Below, piece after piece: positions 1 through 13,786 of a stretch of DNA of 64,000 nt. The translations under genes and the position numbers were made by a program. Within the stretch, counting starts at the first letter, position 1, and every line of letters begins with the position of its first letter. The DNA comes from Mytilus edulis (lineage: Eukaryota), in NCBI RefSeq assembly GCF_963676685.1, contig NC_092353.1, positions 51,026,001-51,090,000 of the forward strand, read 5' to 3'. The notes under the pieces were generated by a model that made no database searches, was not told where the DNA came from, and saw only the letters and a list, made by a program, of their open reading frames with translations.

Positions 1-298
1 GAGTTAGAAGAGTTGTAAATTGTTTCATAACCACCAATTAACTGTTGATGTTGACACTTTATCACATTGTTTATCGAATCAAATTCTAAGTAAGAATTTT
101 GGTCTTTGTCACATATTCCAGACGAAACATTTTGGAGTCGTATATCAACAGCTTGAATTTGCAAAGTTCCTGATGTTGTTAAAGCTTTACATTTACAGTT
201 TCGTTTGGATGTTAACAATGAAGAAAAACCATACTTCAAGTGCACACTTGGTCCTTCTGTCTTCTTAAAATTGGTACAAAAATTTATTGCAGAATTGT
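1..298 (-). CDS. Internal exon (runs off the left edge) of a Cys-rich extracellular mollusc protein, possibly CUB-like
   Basis: Acceptor ttttcAG at 300-299. Phase-1 frame is open to the window edge: (D)NSAINFCTNFKKTEGPSVHLKYGFSSLLTSKRNCKCKALTTSGTLQIQAVDIRLQNVSSGICDKDQNSYLEFDSINNVIKCQHQQLIGGYETIYNSSN. Splices in frame from exon 2469-2768. Domain identity is inference. Confidence 0.75.
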
Positions 299-2468
299 CT
301 GAAAATTAGCAAACATAATTATTATCTTTTTATTCTGTAAGTAATCACAATAGCCGAAGAAACGAAAGAAGTTTACGATGGGCATTTATAATGAAAGTAA
401 TCTGTCGAAAGAAATATTTATATGCACATGTAATGGGCTGATTCAGGATTCATTTTGTTAAATAAGTTAAGGCAGTTGTATAACAGTATTCTTTCATAAC
501 AAATATGTCCTTTACTCCTCTTAACTAAAATAGAAATTTTTAAATCAGACGTGGTTTCTTAAAAATCAAAGATCTATCACAATCGTTATAATTATAGTTC
601 TTTACAGAACTTTTTATGCGTCTTCACTGTAAACTACATTTCACAATGTTTAAAATTATTTTCCAATACAGAGAACTTATTCTACGAGAATCGGGAATAT
701 AGATAAGTCACTCCCGTTAAATATTACGTTCGTTTTTGAGAATAAAACCCACTGAAGTGAAAAAAATAAATGCAGCTCAAACGACATTTTAAAATGATAG
801 ACATAAAATTATTTCAACAACATTCGATACTATTGGTTCAGAACTACTACTTAGGACCCGGTCACAAAATTCAAGAACAAGACGGAACAAATGTTTTAAT
901 AAAACATTTCATATGAACAGTTTTTACTTTGTAAAAAAATACAACAGTTGGGTAATGTTGGTATTGGAATTTCTGTAGAACCATTGTTAATTTTTTTTCG
1001 TGAGAAAACCCCAAGTAATTGAAATTAAAATAGGAAGCAAATTTTCTCTGTTGCTCAGATCAGAAGTAACTTTTTGTATTACTTTAAAACATTCGATAAC
1101 CGTTGCACTCTTGTATGCAATTAGGATAATGATGAATCAGGAAACGTTTTTTATTTGAACTTTATTCAAGCTAGCTATAAAAATGAGTTTTATGGGACAT
1201 AAGCTGTCAAATTTATGTTCATCGATTTGACCCAAATTCCCATATTTGATTTATAACATGCCAAAAACGTAACTCTGAAATAAGAAATTCGCGATGCATG
1301 GGCCCCAATTGTATACATATATCATCATTTTGTGTGTTCCATCTAATTTATAATTAAGATGACCTCTGAGGACTGCCATCTGTCACATTACAAGATATAA
1401 ACATAGATATTACTATATAAATACGTTCACACAACTAGGTACAAGAATAAACATAAACATAACTATAAATAGATGGCGACCTTGCGCTATTTGACTTTTT
1501 TGGTCTGTTTGATTCCATGTTTTGGGTTCCAAAAATTCGTTTTACCTATATAATTATGATTTTAGTGAATCTTATCAGTCAACGAAATGGTTTACTTTTG
1601 TTTTCACTTTCAACATGTTCAATATTGTCATTCTTTTTCTTTCAATGGCTAAATATCAATATCTAGCATATGGATTTAATTGAAGGTCACATTAATACGG
1701 AATCAATCAGGACGAATTATACACTTGCAATTGAATAATTTATCAGCGAGTTTTTTTTTTTTTTAGCTTATTTTGACAAATTGAACAAAACTGGCTTCTA
1801 AAAGCGAATTATTATTTAACTTTTTCACTTTAATTTATGATTGTACCTAAGAAATTCATACCTTCATTTTTTATAACACGTAACCTATGCCCCTTCAACA
1901 TTAAAAGTTAGTTGTTTTATCCTATCCATATAGGCAGCGTTCGTACAAAACCATCTCAAAGACAAAAGACAACATATTTTGCATGGTGATTAATTTTATT
2001 TTTATATGTTTTGATTATTTTCTCTCACTCAGACTTATCGTTTAATACTACATCCTCATCCCAATCCTCTTTCTCATCATCAATCACTCATTTCTCAGCA
2101 CGTACATACCACCTGTCACCTTCGTATTTTACAAACTTCTCGAATGTTACTTTTATTAATTACGGACTTCTTTTAAATGTATGTGGTTCTACCGCAAAAC
2201 CTGCTCCTGCAGCAAGCGATCTGAAATACCAGAATAGTCGTCTTATTTGTACATTTACAGATTGTTTTCCTTTCCCTATCGATCTTTCTAACTTTGCAAG
2301 GTTATGATATGTCATGCATCTATTTTGCTATCTATCTTAATTTGTTTATTGAGGATATGTTTGAGTGTTGTGGACATCGAAATATATGTGTTTTCCCTTA
2401 TTCAGTACTAGCTTTGAATTTTTTGAAGAATTAAATAGCACCAGTTTATTTTTTTTCAATAAACTCAC

Positions 2469-2768
2469 CATTTATGCATTCATATTTTAAATGCGCTTGA
2501 TTTGAGAATATCTGTGCGTTGTTTGGACATGACACTCTCTCACCCTTAATTTGCTTTTGTTTAAATCCAGATAAACCTTCGTAATAATAATTGTTTTTCC
2601 ATGAACCTGGCAATCTAAATTCTGCACATGTCGAATCAGTATAAAAGGTACAGTGGCAGCTTGAACAATTTCTTTCGTATGATATATCCCTGATTGATAT
2701 TTTCTCGTTTATATTACATATAACGGGTCGAGTTTTTCCATAACAGAAATCCTTTTCATGTACATCTC
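2469..2768 (-). CDS. 300-nt phase 1-1 exon encoding a Cys-rich (SUEL/lectin-like) domain; same gene as exon 1-298
   Basis: Acceptor ctgttttAG (2770-2769), donor G|GTGAG (2468). Translation DVHEKDFCYGKTRPVICNINEKISIRDISYERNCSSCHC...AHLKYECIN. First exon not located. Confidence 0.75.
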
Positions 2769-4074
2769 CTAAAACAGAAAGTGACATTATGTTTTCATGC
2801 ATACTTTTACTTTATAAATTGTTATTTGGATGGATAGTTGTCTCATTGGCACTTATACCACATCTTCCTATATCTATAACACATTTTCAAAAACGAGTTA
2901 TACCTACAACATGTACAAAGAGTATCAATGGATATATCATTTCCGAAAATTTACAATAAAGATTATGCATGGAGAAACACAAATATTACTAAAATGAACA
3001 TAAAAATTCATAGCCGTTATGCAGTAAAGGTCATTCTAGCATTAAAGATTTCACCGAGGTTTCTAAAATATTTCTAAATTGATCAACGAATATCAGATTA
3101 GTAGTACTTATATATGTATGTTAATTATATAAGCATGGGCATGCTGTCCACATTATGTTCGTTTGTTAAACCTTTTAGATTAATATATATACACTTAAAA
3201 AATGTATCACCAATACAATTCGTAGCAGACACTTGGTATAAACCTATTTATTCGTAACCTTTGCAAATATACTAAAAAAAACAGACATAAGTCAGATTCA
3301 GAAAAAAACTGAAAAATGGAACATTTGGAAAGGTTTTTGTTATTTCTTACAATTGACTATGACAATAATTGTTGTGTGCACTACGAAATACACATGATAT
3401 ATACGAGTAAAAACAAAAGTATATTCATGCTTTATATTACAACTGGTGTTCAAATTGCTGTGCATCTATATGTTCGAGGGAATAAGTCAGATTAGGCATT
3501 AAGCTTAAATCCTAGATAATAAGCTAACGCATAGACAGTAGGCCAATTGTCTATATAATGTTAGGCATTAGTCTCAAATCAAAGTATCTAATCTTAAACC
3601 CTAAAAACTATATCCAGGCATTTTGGCTAATGCCTTAAACGAAAATGAGAGTAAATAAAAAAGAAATGTATTCAGATTAAAATACATTTGGTACATAATA
3701 AAATAACAAGAACTGAAGTTTTTGAATATCAATTACCTGAAATAAAATTATTATTAACTAACGATGACCAAATTCATTGAATTAACCTCTTTAAATGTAT
3801 GTTTATATGTTGGTTATTTGTTTCATTGGATATCATACCACATATTTTAATTTTGTAAGAAAATTGTTATAACATTTTTTTTATTAAAAGCACGTAGCAT
3901 TGATTCTGATATAAACAAAGCGGTAAATTCATGCCCTTTATCACTCTGATCAACCTGATGTACGTCGAAAACGCAATTCTACTCTGTGCCAGTACTTAAA
4001 GTCTTTCAATCCTTTATGCGCGGATTAAAAAAAAAAGAAAAAGCAATGAATAAGATTGTAAATTAATATATACC

Positions 4075-4855
4075 TTTTTGTGTTTCGTTTTTAAATATTT
4101 GAGTGTTTTTTTTTTAAAAGGGATTAAGATTATAACACAATGTTGACTGCTATACTCCTATTTTTGACATTTTTACCTATAATGTCTGTTTGTTTTGTTA
4201 CGAATTGTTGTCAATATAATGGAATTTGATGTGACTGTTATACAAGTGAGAGCGTTAGCTAGCTATCAAACCAGGTTCAGTCCACCATTTTCTACATAAG
4301 AAAATACCAGTACAAATTCAGGAATATGACAGTTGTTATCCCTTCCATTCGTTTCATGTATTAGAGCTTTTGATTTTGTTATTTGATTAGGAACTTAGCG
4401 ACACGAGGAAAAGTCTGATTTCTTTTATCTTGTAGGTCATTAATGGTTGACTTTGAACGTTTTTGTGTTTTTGTTTTTTAAATATTTGAGTGTTTTTTTA
4501 TAGGGATTAAGATTATAACACAATGTTGACTGCTATACTCCTATTTTTTACATTTTTACCTATAATGTCTGTTTGTTTTGTTTACGAATTGTTGTCATTA
4601 TAATGGAATTTGATGTGACTGTTAAACAAGTGAGAGCTTTAGCTAGCTATAAAACCAGGTTCAGTCCACCATTTTCTACATAAGAAAATACCAGTACAAA
4701 TTCAGGAATATTACAGTTGTTATCCCTTCCATTCGTTTAATGTATTAGAGCTTTTGATTTTGTTATTTGATTAGGAACTTAGCGACAAGAGGAAAAGTCT
4801 GATTTCTTTTATCTTGTAGGTCATTAATGGTTGACTTTGAACGTTTTTGTGTTTT
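4075..4855. repeat. Recent tandem duplication, ~387-bp period, two copies of a dispersed-repeat fragment
   Basis: aaatatttgagtg starts at 4093 and 4480; the copies are nearly identical through ...ctttgaacgtttttgtg. Confidence 0.9.
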
Positions 4856-6097
4856 TTTTTGTAATACGTAAGATTCGGATTTCATCTACTGGATCTCTAA
4901 GGTCATACTCTCAGATTCATAAGCGGATATTTGAAAAGTTTCTAGGCGGCTTGAGTTATATCTGTTGATAATCTTATTGTATTTATTCAGATTCGTACTC
5001 ATAGCGTCTTTAATTTTTCAGTTAAATGATCATTATGTCAGCCGGTTCCGGGATGTTTGGTTATGAAGAGTCTACGGTCAGAATGATTTTAAAATCATGT
5101 CTTTGTCCCATTCAAAGGAATGCTAACTGACACAATCACAAATGATTATTTGCAATAGTAAAGTGTTGAAATTAATATGCTTACCGCCATCAAACATTAA
5201 AACCATTATCTTGATCGTTCTAAAATATATCTGGATAAAATGTAACATCGAAATTGTTAGAACAAGTCTACACGAGACACCTGTAGTGGTGTTCATATAA
5301 GACATATCTAAGGTCGTATCTTAAATCGACATAAGGCGGAAAAGAGAACACGTTTTACTGAATTAGTAAATCTCTCGGGCTTTTAGGCCTTGATTTTGAA
5401 ATATTAAGACATTTAAACACAAAAGCTCATCATAGATACCAGGTTATTCGTTTTGTAAGTCAGACAATCGAACCAAAGGTGAGAGTCTGGGTGTTTTTTT
5501 TTAAGAGAATAAACAATTTGGGCAAACCTGATGAAAAAAACCAGGAGAGGCGAATCCTTGTAACAGGCAAACATTTTTTACAATAAAAACAATATGACAA
5601 AATGTGGAATGCCAAATCAAATTGAAAAAGAAAAAGTTAATCCTTCTCCTTTATAGACAAAGTAAATCGAATAGCCGTAGGTACAGTTTTCACAACACAA
5701 CACTTGTTAGTAAATGTTTTTCATTTCTTTATTGACTAATGCATTGCACCAAAGAAAGAATGGAATTTTTATTGATTTGAATTATTTTTCTTATCTATAA
5801 AAATCCTTTTTTGCAATTATTGCCACATATTCCTAAAAAAATTAAAGCATTTATTTTCGGAATGAACTTGATGATGCAAGAAAATTTCAAGTGAAAATTA
5901 AAAAACTCTACAACTTTTAGTTCATATAAATTTATAAGAAACACATCAATTTTTCTAACCCAAAGTATCGATGAATTTTACTCCACAAAAATGTATCTAC
6001 GAGCACCACTGATGTGTCTTATGAAGAAGCAACGCTTAATCTGGTATCTTTGATTAAAACTGTATTTCCCCCTAACGTAACGCAGTGCACTAGATAT

Positions 6098-6537
6098 TAG
6101 TGGAGCGGCGGAGAGAACTATTTTAGAAATTTAAATTACATAAATACCTCATTGGAAAGCTGAAATCGTGTACTTTATGAAAATATGTGTCGTAAATATA
6201 AAAGCTGGTACAATGATGCCGAAAATCAAGGTCAAAGGTCATCCTTAAAAAAAATCCGATTTTCATGTATTTACCAATTTTGTTCACAAATTATTTTTTA
6301 GAGCGGGTTGGTAATAAAAAATGATTACCGAATCAGCAGTGGGGTATACGATGCAAGTAGAGTAATGTCAGTTAAGACTATTTTTACCGTCATTTGTACC
6401 ACATTTGATTTTTACGACAAACATTTTTCTGAAGTTGAATAATCGATAGACATTTTAAACCATTAAAATCCCACGAGGTATTTAGGTAATTTAAACTCGT
6501 TAACTAAGTGACTTTTTTAACATTCGCCGCTTCACTA
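6098..6537. mobile_element. Non-autonomous TIR DNA transposon (Academ-like MITE)
   Basis: TIRs TAGTGGAGCGGCGGA / TTCGCCGCTTCACTA (13/15 match), TAG...CTA termini, 3-bp TSD TAT (6095-6097, 6538-6540). Superfamily assignment is inference. Confidence 0.7.
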
Positions 6538-7759
6538 TATGGAGATGTATGTTTGTTTGTTGACCCAAACTTTCAATTGTACGTATTATATCAGTCCGAT
6601 GTCGTTAGCACTTGAAAGTGTACAAGTTCGCACTAATTTTATTTAAACTTTCTATCTTAGAATTATATAAGCAATATCTTAGACAAGGACACAATTCAAT
6701 GCAGGTGTATAATTTGTTAAATCCGTGGTTGTATTAATTATATAAAAAATCCAATTATGATCATTCCCATACTTACATTTCTTGTAGGTTTGTTATGAAA
6801 TTCATGTTAAAGATTTCAATTTTATTTGAGAGTCTGAAAATCAGCGCAGAGCTTTTTTTTACTGGAGTTATGGAATTGCACTTTCAAATGTTTTATACTT
6901 TGAACATTACATTGTAAACACTCTCACATCTAAATTTTCTGTCGAATTTTATGAAATTGATAACAAAGGCTAATATAAGTTAGGTCTTGGAAGAGTCAAC
7001 TATTTTTAGAATACTGTTTTACAAAAAATCTTGAAATACTGGTTATGATGTTATATTTTAACTGTTTATTCATACTTGCATTTATTTCTGATATTTTCAA
7101 TTGAATTCAAATGTTATAGTTTCGCGCAAAATTTTATACTATATTAGAAAATTGTTCTCACTTAAGGGATCATTATGTTTTTGAATCAAGTTCAAATAAA
7201 TGTTAAAACAATAATTACCTGAATACACAGTTAACAAATTCCATAGCAACCCTACTAACACAAAATTGTTCATATCATATGTGAAAAAGTTCATAATCAA
7301 ATTCTGTCTACGAACGTTAACAAGCGCGTCGATGCTATTTTGTTCGTATAAGGACAAAGTCTGTTTAAGTGATAAAATGACAAGTATTTGCCCTATCTGT
7401 CACTGATATGATATGATGTGTTATAAAAATAGATACAAAACACTGATTTATCAGCGTTTTATCATGAACTATGTTCTTACTGCTAAGTTCTAGTTTTTCC
7501 GACTTGGATTTTTATCACATAAATTCAGTTATCAAGGTTTCTGTGATACTTTACGAATGTACAGTTAGTGTTGACCATTTTATAATTTAACAACCAGTTT
7601 CTTATCGTTACCTTTTGGTGTTTCAATGCATATTGCTAGAATTTAGATCTTAAAAATGTTTTTTTTTCATCAATTAATAAGTATACAAGTAATAATTCAT
7701 TTTCATTTGCTTTCTAACAAAAGTTCTCAATCATAATTTATCTCTTTATTATTATGTAG

Positions 7760-8107
7760 ATAAGACAACTGTCCACAAGAGACCAACATGACACAGAAAT
7801 TAACAACTATAGGTCACAGTGCGGCCTTCAACAATGACCAAAGCCAATACCGCATAGTCAGCTATAAAAGGCCCCGATTTGAAAATGTAAAACAATTCAA
7901 ACAAGAAAACTGACGGCCTTATCTATAAAAAAAATGAAGGAAAAAAAAATATGTAACACATAAACAAACGACAACCACCAAATTACAGGCTCCTGACTTT
8001 GAACAGGCACATACATAAATAATGTGGCGGGGTTAAAAATGTAAGCGGGATCCCAACACTCCCTCTAACCTGGGACAGTGGTATAACAGTACAACATAAG
8101 AACGAAT
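7760..8107 (+). mobile_element. Dispersed non-autonomous repeat related to family A
   Basis: Shares aggctcctgactt..acagg and ggcggggttaaa...aacc blocks with 13787-14118. Its gagacaact/ggccttcaacaatg block recurs at ~18250, 37700, 38150 and 60340. Confidence 0.65.
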
Positions 8108-8995
8108 TAGAGGCAGGAAATATCAAGGGAACCTTCGAAACCTACGAGTCAAACTAGAGATGCTCCGAAAAAGTCAAAAACTGAAAAACCGCAGAAAAGA
8201 CGAACAAATTAACAATACACTAGATAAGACACTAAACACTCAGCAATATAAACCCCTATATAAAGATCCAGCATTATACTTGTGGCAGTGATCGTATTAT
8301 TCACAGCACGTACGCATTTGTTGTTTTGTGTCCCGTGTGTTGTGTCAGTGAAGTAATGACAAATTGAATATTGACTCCAAACTTTTGAAAAATTTAATGA
8401 GCATTGTTCTTTATCTTAGACATAGAATTGGGAAAATATCCTAACTTGCTTATTGATCATAGAATTTGTACATGTAAAGCAAGGATAACATTTTCCGTTA
8501 TGTAATCTTAGGTACTGCATTCAATGCCTAATGTTTAGGGGTTTTACTGACAAACTCTAAATCAGTTGTTATATCTTATCTATCTGATATTTTTCGATTT
8601 AATTTTACTTCCTGTAGAAATGATAAACAGTTGTGTAGTCCTGTGTAAAAGATGAACAAATAATTCAATCTCGAAAGAAATATGATTTTTTTTTAAAAAG
8701 AACTGTGTGTGTAAATGTATTATAATTTCATTGGTCTAAAAGAGGTTACAGGTTTAGCTAAGGTAATAACGCAGTTATTATCAAAGTCATATTTTGTCTG
8801 TATTTATACGATTTTGGTATTTTTGATTATTGTATCCTGCAGTTTGCTTGATTACCTCATCAGTAATAGTTCCCCATAATCAGCAGTTGTGTGTTTGCTC
8901 TTTTTGTGTAACACAAACCTCGTTCGTGAAATATATAATTGGTTAACATTATAAATTTTTCACATTATTTAAGATATAATTCATGGCAGCCGTAT

Positions 8996-9110
8996 ATTTG
9001 TTTTCATTAAACCATGGGTTGGGCATTTATATTCGATTAGTTTACCCTGAGCGTTAGCGAGGGGTAAAATAAGAATATAAATGCTAACCCATGGTTAAAT
9101 GAAAAGAAAT
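8996..9110. repeat. ~115-bp fold-back palindrome
   Basis: ttttcatt-aaccatgggtt-gcatttatattc...ttttaccc pairs with gggtaaaa...gaatataaatgc-aacccatggtt-aatgaaaa around the loop tgagcgttagcga. Confidence 0.8.
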
Positions 9111-9117
9111 CTAAAAA

Positions 9118-9790
9118 AAAATATAACATCAAAACCAAATACATGAATTTGGGATAGATAAGTACCGTGACACGTCTTATAGTAATATGTATTCACACTC
9201 AAAAATAAGAGAAAACAAACGACACAACGGAAACACAACGTTAAAATGTAACACACACAGAAACGAACTATAATATAACAATGGCCATATTCCTGACTTG
9301 GTACAGGACATTTTTAAAGGAAAAAATGATGGGTTGAACCTGGTTTTGTGGCATGCCAAACCTCCCTCTTTTATGGCCATGTGAAATATAACATTAAAAT
9401 GACAACACAACATTACAGGACTACAATATAAATAAATAGGAGAACATAATTGACAAAGAAACACACGAATAATAGCCAACAAAAGGCAACAAGTTTAAAA
9501 TTTTAATACGCCAGAAGTGCATTTTGTCCACACAAGACATACTAGTGACGCCCAGATACAAAAGTTCGAAAGCCGAAACAAGTACAAAATTGAACAGCAT
9601 CGAGGACCAAAAGTTCAAAAAAGTTGTGCCAAAAACGACCAGGGTTTTCTTTTAGATACCAGAACATCCCTATTATTTAGAATAATTTATACTTTTTCAA
9701 ACAGTAAATTTTATGAAATGACTATACAAAAGATATAAGATAAAACTGAAGTATTAACTAATTACAGGAAACAACCGAAATACACTTCAT
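9118..9790 (-). mobile_element. Composite repeat: Penelope-3'-like segment plus a diverged retrozyme copy with a decayed hammerhead (9508-9552)
   Basis: 9118-9185 is reverse-complement-similar to the Penelope downstream region at ~34970-35030. 9495-9770 aligns with the 360-bp retrozyme unit (caagtacaaa, aaaagttgtgccaaa). Confidence 0.6.
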
Positions 9791-10289
9791 AACCCGGCGA
9801 AATGCAGCACATCCGAATAAGTTTAAACCTCAACGCCAAGTGACGTCATATTTGAAATTGTAAAAAATGACAATACAATTACGTCACATTTGAATTTGTA
9901 AAACAGATCATCAAAAATGAAAAATGACGTCACATTTGAAAGAATAAGATAGAATAAGGATTGATTTAAGATTATATTTGAACTAAATACTGATATTACA
10001 TTTAATAACAATGCACATTCCAATACTTATTAATAGCAAACTAAGGTAGCAATTATTTATATTATATGTCCGTTTTTTTTTTAATTAAACGTCAAACGTA
10101 AACCATCGTACAGATTACGTTAAACAAAATGAAATATAATTAATGAAGGCGTTGATTAATTTTCTTTACCATAACACATGAATATAATAGAAAAGACGTG
10201 AACACATTTGACAAAATCCGATGAGAATTACAAATATAACATTAAACATTTAAACTAAATACATGAATTTGGGATAGATATTCGTTTAC

Positions 10290-10980
10290 AACATTTTAAA
10301 GAAAATTTTATTCTTAACAACAACCATTAAAACCCTAAATGCGTAAATTTTGTATAAACTAAAAGAACTAGACAATTTATTTGTTCTTGTCACGGCTGAT
10401 AAAGCAGCTAATAATATCATTATTGTTTGACGTAAATTTTAAATTGAGGTTCTGCAAAAGGAAATCACGAATTCACCAACATTCCAACTGACTCCATTTT
10501 CAGAAAACTACATCTGTAACAAACATAATCTTGTAGCTACTTCATTACAAGCAGAACCAAATACAATGAAAATCCCAACTATGTACTGGGTTCCGAAGCT
10601 ACACAAAACACCTAACAAATATAGATTTTTTCGTCTTCAAGCCATTGGTCCACTACTAAATTATCTATTCTACTTACTAGTACACTTAGTACAATCAAAA
10701 ACCGGATGATAAATTGTTCAAATAAGCCCTTTGAAAATAGTGGAATTAATTACTTTTGGAGTGTCAAAAACAAGTTGGAAGTACTTGATTAATTGCATGC
10801 TTTTATGGTAATATTCTTTATAAAGCACAAAAATGTCAGTATTCACATCAGAAGCTTACTAAATCTTTAAATAGACATATTAAGAAGGAATATAGTTACG
10901 ATACTGTTGTCAGGTCATTAAAGATTGCATATTTTGGATTTCATATTGATACACTTATAGGGTCTTAGCATCGGAACTAA
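10290..10980 (+). mobile_element. Penelope-like element RT remnant (pseudogenised, internally deleted)
   Basis: Translates through stops/frameshifts as FVLVTADKAANNIIIV*RKF...IPTMYWVPKLHKTPNKYRF/SSSHWSTTKLS...FWSVKNKLEVLD. xADKxxN and YWxPKLHK are Penelope RT N-terminal motifs. It then jumps to an ORF end (...IGS*HRN*). Confidence 0.8.
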
Positions 10981-10984
10981 ACAC

Positions 10985-11622
10985 TTAACACATTTATTTA
11001 AAAACCAGTTGTTGGCATGACACTGGTTATATTCTTCTCATATATGTCATGATTGTATGATACTAAACCCCTAACGAGAGCCTGATATTCATATGATGAA
11101 GAAGAAAATAATCTTTCAATCAGTTTAATTGAAGTCTGGAGCTCGCATGTCAGTTAACTACTAGTAGTCTGTTGTTATTTATGTATCATTGTCATTTTGT
11201 TTATTTTCTTTTGTTACGTCTTCTGACATCAAACTCGGACTTCTCTTGAACTGATTTTTTTTGTTCGTATTGTTATGCGTTTACTTTTCTACGTTGGCTA
11301 GAGGTATAGGGGGGAGGGTTGAGATCTCATAAACATGTTTAACCACGCTGCATGTTTGCGCCTGTCCCAAGTCAGGAGCCTCTGGCCTTTGTTAGTATTA
11401 TATGATTTTTTATTTTAGTTTCTTGTGTATAATTCGGAGTTTTGTATGACAATTATTATCACTGAACTAGTATACCTATTAGTGTAGGGGCCAGCTAAAG
11501 GTCGCCTCCGGGTGCGGGAATTTCTCGCTGCATTGAAGACCTGTTGGTGAACTACTGCTGTTGTCTGCTCTATGGTCGGGTTATTGTCTTTTTGACACAT
11601 TCCCCATTTCCATTCTCAATTT
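10985..11622 (-). mobile_element. Dispersed repeat family A, directly abutting the Penelope remnant
   Basis: 11295-11622 is the reverse complement of 13787-14118 (aaaattgagaatggaaatggggaatgtgtcaaa...). Confidence 0.8.
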
Positions 11623-12640
11623 TAAGATATATTGTGTAAGATTGCTATAAAGTTCAAACAATCGATTGTTATTGAATAACACGAGTTAACAATAAATAAT
11701 AAAAATATGTAATAATCACAACAAAAAATAAATAATGAATTGGATTGGTCATCAGATTTGTTTGCCTTCGTTTTTACACTTCGATACACCATGTTTCTGA
11801 AACTACTTTCGTTACCTTCACTGTTATTTTATTCATGCGCGATACACATGCACGCAGGGATCGCGAATTTTCTGCAAATTGAGTTTAAAAAAAAACCACA
11901 TAGCGATTGTTTCCATTTTAATGCACATTTATTATTATAGGAATAATACTTTAATACTGTGACATTGTTTAAAATTTTAAATTAAATAAAATTCCGCGAA
12001 ATTTCATGAATGATTTGGCATATTTACGTCATGACATTACAAGATGTAATGAAAAAATTTCAAGCGAAAGAATATTTCGTTACGTTCCAATTCGAATAAT
12101 ATCTCATTAAAATGAAGATTTTGAGGAAGGTGCTATTTCAGTTTAGAATATGTTGCATTCATCGATCATTCTTATAGATTTTAAAAGTTAATATCGTGGC
12201 ATACTCTTTAGTTACGACATGTCGTTTGTATATTTGATGGTAAATATAGTAGCCAAAATATTTAAATCATAAAATAATAATATTTGGCTTAAGAATTATA
12301 AGGATTAAACACATTTTTCTAGAGGTTATTGGTGTGTAAACCGGGCCTCTTACTCACAAACGACGGACTTTTTTCAGTTTGTAAGTTAAACGCCTCGGTT
12401 TACACTTCAATAATCTCAATAAAATGTGTTAACTCCCATAATATATTCAGGAAAGTAATAGAAAAAGAAGACATGCAACTTACATCTTGTATACATTCAT
12501 TCATGAGACAAACGTTATCCATATATAAATCCATAACATTATTTCTGTAATTATACATCTAGCTTATTTAAAAAAAACATTTCTTCACTAGTTATTTATA
12601 CTATCAGGAAATAACTAAATGAATATGATAGTAGTCTTAA

Positions 12641-13213
12641 AGTCATAAGAAACCTCAAATTAAAAAAAAATAATGCATATGTTTTTTTATAACTCAATGG
12701 ATAGTTTTCATTATAAAACTTATGTACATATACTTTTTTCTGAAGAAAATTCTTTAATTTATTCATATTTAGAAGAAGTTTACTTGATTTTAATTGCTTC
12801 CTTCCAGGAAGCAATTCCCCCGACATATTTTCCGTATGCAAAGTGACCTCAGTGTGACCCATCTCGTAAAAATCCGGTGATCGCAATACGCATGGATGTC
12901 CTTAAAATAAACTATTATCTGAATTTACATGTTAAACACGTGCTCAATTTCCATGCTTTTTTGTTGATTTTTTGTTGATTGTTGACAAACAGGTGACAAT
13001 CGTTAAACTTCGGCTACAAAACACGAACTTTAAATACCTGTCATATTTCCCCACAACACTGACCGATTGAAAAAAAAAATTGACGATTATACGAAATTTA
13101 TGCGAAAAAAATGAAAAGTTCTTGAACAGAAGACTAAGTTTATGATGTTTGTATGCATTGGTTCAAGAATTGGAAGAACATTATTTTTCACCGGTCACTC
13201 GTTTCTTATGACT
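12641..13213. mobile_element. Kolobok-like TTAA MITE (573 bp)
   Basis: Perfect 13-bp TIR AGTCATAAGAAAC / GTTTCTTATGACT; flanked by TTAA (12637-12640) and TTGA. Second copy at 41461-42021. Confidence 0.8.
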
Positions 13214-13786
13214 TTGAGCTTATATAAATATAAATCTTCCCCAACACAAAGCAACAAGCAACATGTCAAATATACATGTGTACAGAGAATATTTACATTC
13301 CAAGAGAAACAACTCTAGTCATATAACATTAATAGCATCTCAATAAACCGATATTTAATTATAAGTATAACATGATAATAACAAATAAATTCATGTGTTA
13401 AACAGAACAGTATGACGGTAACTGACAGGAATACTATATAAAATAAAACTTATAATATATGTTCATATAGTTTGGCAGATGTTTGCCCTTCACATTCAGT
13501 ATAAAAAACTCCACAAGTATAAGACATAGTTTACAGTGACATAATCTTATTATTGGTCTTTATCCTGAATATAATGTTCGCAAAAAAGGAAGACACAATT
13601 AATTCCATTATATCATTAAATCAATGTTTTTTTAAAATTTTATTTCTAATTACACTTATTAATCTTATGTCAATAACCCACCCTTCCCCCTTTGCCAATT
13701 GTGCTTAACACTACCTCTTGTTAGCCTCCCTGCCAACGGTTGATATGGCATGACTTATCGCAAATCAAGTTTTGATACACCGGCAA

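Noticed and set aside
3351-3465. Candidate first exon of the left-edge gene (MHSNLNTSC...IIVIVN, donor GTAAGA)
   Set aside because: Splicing to 2768 gives T|GA, an in-frame stop; no SECIS evidence for read-through.
3728-3750. Juxtaposed ttttatttcAG|GTAATT on the minus strand (recursive splice site-like)
   Set aside because: Expected by chance in AT-rich DNA, and the upstream extent of the host gene is unknown.
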